A stretch of DNA of 64,000 nucleotides from an uncultured Gemmatimonadales bacterium. GTDB taxonomy: Bacteria; Gemmatimonadota; Gemmatimonadetes; Gemmatimonadales; GWC2-71-9. Where the stretch lies: assembly GCA_963730185.1 (NCBI GenBank), contig CAVSQW010000003.1, positions 1 to 64,000 of the forward strand. The letters run 5' to 3'. The translations under genes were made by a program, and so were the position numbers. Every line of letters starts with the position of its first letter. Position 1 is the stretch's first letter. A model generated the notes under the pieces. It did not search any database and was not told where the DNA came from. It worked only from the letters and a program-made list of their open reading frames with translations. This document shows positions 61,801 through 64,000 of the stretch, piece after piece.

Positions 61801-62435
61801 GCGAACTCGTCGGCCACGTTGGTCACGATCTTGAAGCCGACCCAGAGCCCCGAATAGCGCGACAGCGCGAAGCCGGCGAGGCCCAGGTCGAGCACGTCCT
61901 GGACGTCGGCCGGGAAGAGCACCGGCATCTGGGCGTCGGACAGCGCGATCTCGGAGGCCGACGGCACCGTCGACGACTTGGAGGCGGGATCGTCGCCCGC
62001 CAGGGCGAGCACCCCGCCGTGCCGGCCGACGCCGGTGAGGTTGGCGTGCTTGAATGCGTCACCCGAGCGGTCGACCCCCGGGCCCTTGCCGTACCAGATC
62101 CCGAGCACGCCATCGTACTTCGGATTCGGAAAGGTGTTGGCCAGCTGCGATCCGAACACCGCGGTGGCCCCCAGCTCCTCGTTGACGCCGGGCACGAACC
62201 GGACGTGGTGCTCGCGGAGGAGGTCGGAGTGCAGGGTGAGCTGCACGTCGTAGCCGCCCAGGGGCGAGCCCCGGTAGCCCGAGATGAAGGTGGCCGTCCG
62301 GAGACCGGCCCGGCGGTCGGCGCGATGCTGGTCGAGCGGCAGCCGCACCAGTGCCTGGACGCCGGAGAGCGCCACCCGGCCCTCGTCGAGCGTGAAGCGG
62401 TCGAGGAGGGAGAACGTCTGCGATGAAGTGGCCAT
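58881..62435 (-). CDS. Indolepyruvate ferredoxin oxidoreductase, fused alpha-beta type
   Basis: SGYRGSPLGG, WYGKGPGVDR, FCSGCPHN, GDGT, CEGCGDC, GIGGTGV and MAYKDEYEVAR. Confidence 0.93.
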   Translation of the reverse strand: MATSSQTFSLLDRFTLDEGRVALSGVQALVRLPLDQHRADRRAGLRTATFISGYRGSPLGGYDVQLTLHSDLLREHHVRFVPGVNEELGATAVFGSQLANTFPNPKYDGVLGIWYGKGPGVDRSGDAFKHANLTGVGRHGGVLALAGDDPASKSSTVPSASEIALSDAQMPVLFPADVQDVLDLGLAGFALSRYSGLWVGFKIVTNVADEFATVAVSAEQGRFIRPDFEYRGQPWQPTQNQALYPPYNLALEEEQFEGKLEAARRFAAANGLNRITVSSPGAWLGIAAAGKTYLDVREALHRLGFDDAGLERVGIRLLRVGMLYPLEPGVVREFARGLEEIVVVEEKRPFLEVFLRDALYHQTERPRVVGKADDLGGRLIPAHGELEADVIAPLLARRLAQRLAAEDLDARLARLAPVVPPSVQPMGLTAQRLAYFCSGCPHNRSTVVPDGSIAAVGIGCHGMAVTMERSGAGFTQMGGEGAQWVGIAPFTETPHLFQNIGDGTLFHSGSLAIRQSVAAGSNVTYKILYNGAVAMTGGQPVDGGLGVPALTRELEAEGVRRTLVLSDEPERYDGVTLAPGVEVWPRERLDEAQRLLREMSGVTALIYDQHCAADLRRLRKRGLAPERPMRVVINERICEGCGDCGVKSNCLSVQPVATEFGRKTRIHQSSCNTDYSCLEGDCPAFVTVTPDPTVGRNRPASRVTIGPDLPEPERPAPAEGSLYLMGIGGTGVVTVNQILGTAALLDGKWARCLDQTGLSQKGGAVVSHCKITAGAHQSSNKVGVGAADAYLAFDVLTASDARHLTRARPDRTVGVISSSHVPTGLMVRNRAVEFPADSALHQRIDAVTDAARNLYLDAETLADRCFGSHFPANLVVVGAAYQLGLVPLSAASIERAIELNGTAVAMNVQAFRVGRQVAIDPTWTDTLGGTASDTAPPEPEPGPDAKALIDPIGATGELARLLRVRVPDLIAYQNAGYARQYTELVGRVAARERELGTDFRLSRAVARYLYQLMAYKDEYEVARLAFDPGFRRELTNRFGAGADRAYRFHPPLLRGLGLKRKLALGRWFDFPLGLLRRLRGLRGTPFDPFGYHPIRKLERRLVGEYRALIDDTVASLAKDRYEHAVAVASLPDLIRGYESVKLAGVARYQARLAELRQPAEPAAAPPPGAPAPSPTSRPPSTTAR

Positions 62436-62562
62436 GGAATGGGAAATATACTGGCTCGCTGGTCGGCGGGGTGCGATCGGGCTAGCTTCGATCCGTCGGG
62501 AGCGCCCGCTTCTGCGACCCCACCCCGGATTACAGCCGACGACCATCAGCCGGAGCCTGTGC

Positions 62563-63693
62563 ATGTCGACCAGCCGACGCGAGTTTCTCGACCGGAGTCT
62601 GACGCTCGCCGGGGCGCTCGCGGTCCCCAGCGTCATTGGCCGGGGCGGCCCGCCGGCCCGCCGGCCCGATCTGATCCGGGCTCCGGCTCCGCCCAGCGTC
62701 CGTCCGCTCAAGATCCTCTTCCTCGGCGGCACCGGCTTCATCGGTCCCCACATGGTCCGCTACGCCATGTACCGCGGCCACGCCGTCACCCTGTTCAATC
62801 GGGGCAAGACGGCGCCGGAGCTCTTTCCCGGGGCGGCGACCCTGATCGGCGACCGTGACGGTAAGCTCGATGCCCTGAAGGGCGGCCAGTGGGACGCCGT
62901 GATCGACAATTCGGGCTATGTGCCCCGACACGTGCGCGACTCCGCCCGACTGCTCCGGGACTCGGTGGGGCGCTATCTCTTTACCTCGACGGGGTCGGTC
63001 TATCAGTTCGATCAGGACGAGATCGATGAGGACTCCCCGCTCCTGCCGCTGCCCGAGCCGACCAGCGAGGACGTCAACAAGTACTACGGCCCGCTCAAGG
63101 TGCTCTGCGAGGAAGCGGTGCGTGAGGCGTACGGCCCCCGGGGCACGATCGTCCGGCTCCACGTGGTGGCCGGCCCCGGCGATCCGACGGACCGCTATAC
63201 CTATTGGCCGCTTCGCGTCGATCAGGGCGGTGACGTGATCGTCCCCGGCACGGTCGCGAACCCGATCCAGTACATCGACGTCCGCGACCTGGCGGAGTTC
63301 GTAGTCCACTTGGTCGAGCGGGACACGCCAGGCACCTACAACGTCGCCGGCCCGACCCTCGCCGAGACCGGGATGGCCGAGTTCGTGTACGGGCTTCGGG
63401 CCGTGACCAGCGCGCCGCTGGCGTTCCATTGGCTCGACCAGGCATTCCTGGCGGAGCAGAAGGTTCGATTCCCGCTCTGGATTCCGGAGCAGGGCCCGAT
63501 GCGGGGTGCCTGTCACGTGCGGTCGGCCCGGGGTGTCGCCGCGGGGCTCCGCTTCCGGCCGATGGCCGTGACGGCGTTCGACACGCTGGAGTGGATCAAG
63601 AGCGAGCCGGCGGAGCGCCAGGCCAAGGTGGGCGTGGATCCAGCCCGTGATGCCAGGGTCCTCGCCCAATGGCGGGCCAAGGCCGGCCGCTGA
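62563..63693 (+). CDS. NAD-dependent epimerase/dehydratase with Tat signal
   Basis: SRREFL twin-arginine motif, LGGTGFIG and YGPLK. Confidence 0.88.
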   Translation: MSTSRREFLDRSLTLAGALAVPSVIGRGGPPARRPDLIRAPAPPSVRPLKILFLGGTGFIGPHMVRYAMYRGHAVTLFNRGKTAPELFPGAATLIGDRDGKLDALKGGQWDAVIDNSGYVPRHVRDSARLLRDSVGRYLFTSTGSVYQFDQDEIDEDSPLLPLPEPTSEDVNKYYGPLKVLCEEAVREAYGPRGTIVRLHVVAGPGDPTDRYTYWPLRVDQGGDVIVPGTVANPIQYIDVRDLAEFVVHLVERDTPGTYNVAGPTLAETGMAEFVYGLRAVTSAPLAFHWLDQAFLAEQKVRFPLWIPEQGPMRGACHVRSARGVAAGLRFRPMAVTAFDTLEWIKSEPAERQAKVGVDPARDARVLAQWRAKAGR

Positions 63694-63703
63694 GTGCCGG
63701 GTG

Positions 63704-64000
63704 TCAGGTCAGGACGTTGACCTGCTGCGCGATGCCGGTGGTGCCGTTCTCGTTCAGGTAGATCCCCGACCGCGCCAGGCCCCCCACCGGTTGGTTGTTC
63801 GGGTCGGTGTAGGTGTACGGCGTCGCGACCGAACCGGTGTAGATCGCGCCGACACCCTGCTGGCCGAGCGAGGTCGCGGTGATGCCACCGTTCGCGCCGC
63901 CCGAGACGATCGCCAGCTTGCCGAACGCCGCGTCGCCCTGGTCGATGAAGCCGTTCCCGTCCTGATCGAGTCCCGCCAGCTCGGCGAATCCGTTTCCGCT
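63704..64000 (-). CDS. C-terminal part of a hypothetical protein with an EF-hand-like loop (runs off the window)
   Basis: NGFAELAGLDQDGNGFIDQGD..GVGAIY..SGIYLNENG..QQVNVLT*. Confidence 0.65.
   Translation of the reverse strand, partial: SGNGFAELAGLDQDGNGFIDQGDAAFGKLAIVSGGANGGITATSLGQQGVGAIYTGSVATPYTYTDPNNQPVGGLARSGIYLNENGTTGIAQQVNVLT

Overview
High-GC bacterial sequence, probably metagenome-assembled, with scattered single-base indels. Even essential metG is broken, so most frameshifts are probably consensus errors. It looks like two joined pieces, because two genes are truncated head-to-head at about 8460. Positions 1-8460 hold a secreted Asp-rich repeat protein, a radical SAM enzyme, an M55 D-aminopeptidase, an aldehyde dehydrogenase and two TPR/DUF1080-like proteins. 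Positions 8460-15550 are a decaying accessory region abutting the 3' end of tRNA-Arg(CCG), with gene fragments, a VOC protein, a trypsin-like protease, an AbrB/Doc toxin-antitoxin pair, an AraC regulator and a 14-Cys metallothionein-like peptide. Positions 15.5-64 kb are core diderm genome (Gemmatimonadota-like, an inference from gene content and repeat style): 7 tRNAs, sigma70-family factor, mlaEFD, atpAGDC, beta-barrel-like proteins, waaA, a CPA2 antiporter, imuA-imuB-dnaE2, dsbA, TPM/NTase/lemA, M23 peptidase, metG, ricT, accA, dnaE, peptidases, a hybrid kinase and a fused indolepyruvate oxidoreductase. The most interesting unexplained signals are: (1) a structured RNA/20-codon ORF behind a 15-nt perfect complement of the 16S rRNA 3' end; (2) a metallothionein-like gene sharing a 19-bp box with the AraC promoter region; (3) a direct-repeat SOS-box candidate in the imuA promoter; (4) in-frame repeat insertions in dnaE2 and imuB; (5) a Rex/CRP-type palindrome upstream of atpA. 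No CRISPR array, rRNA, transposase or integrase was seen.
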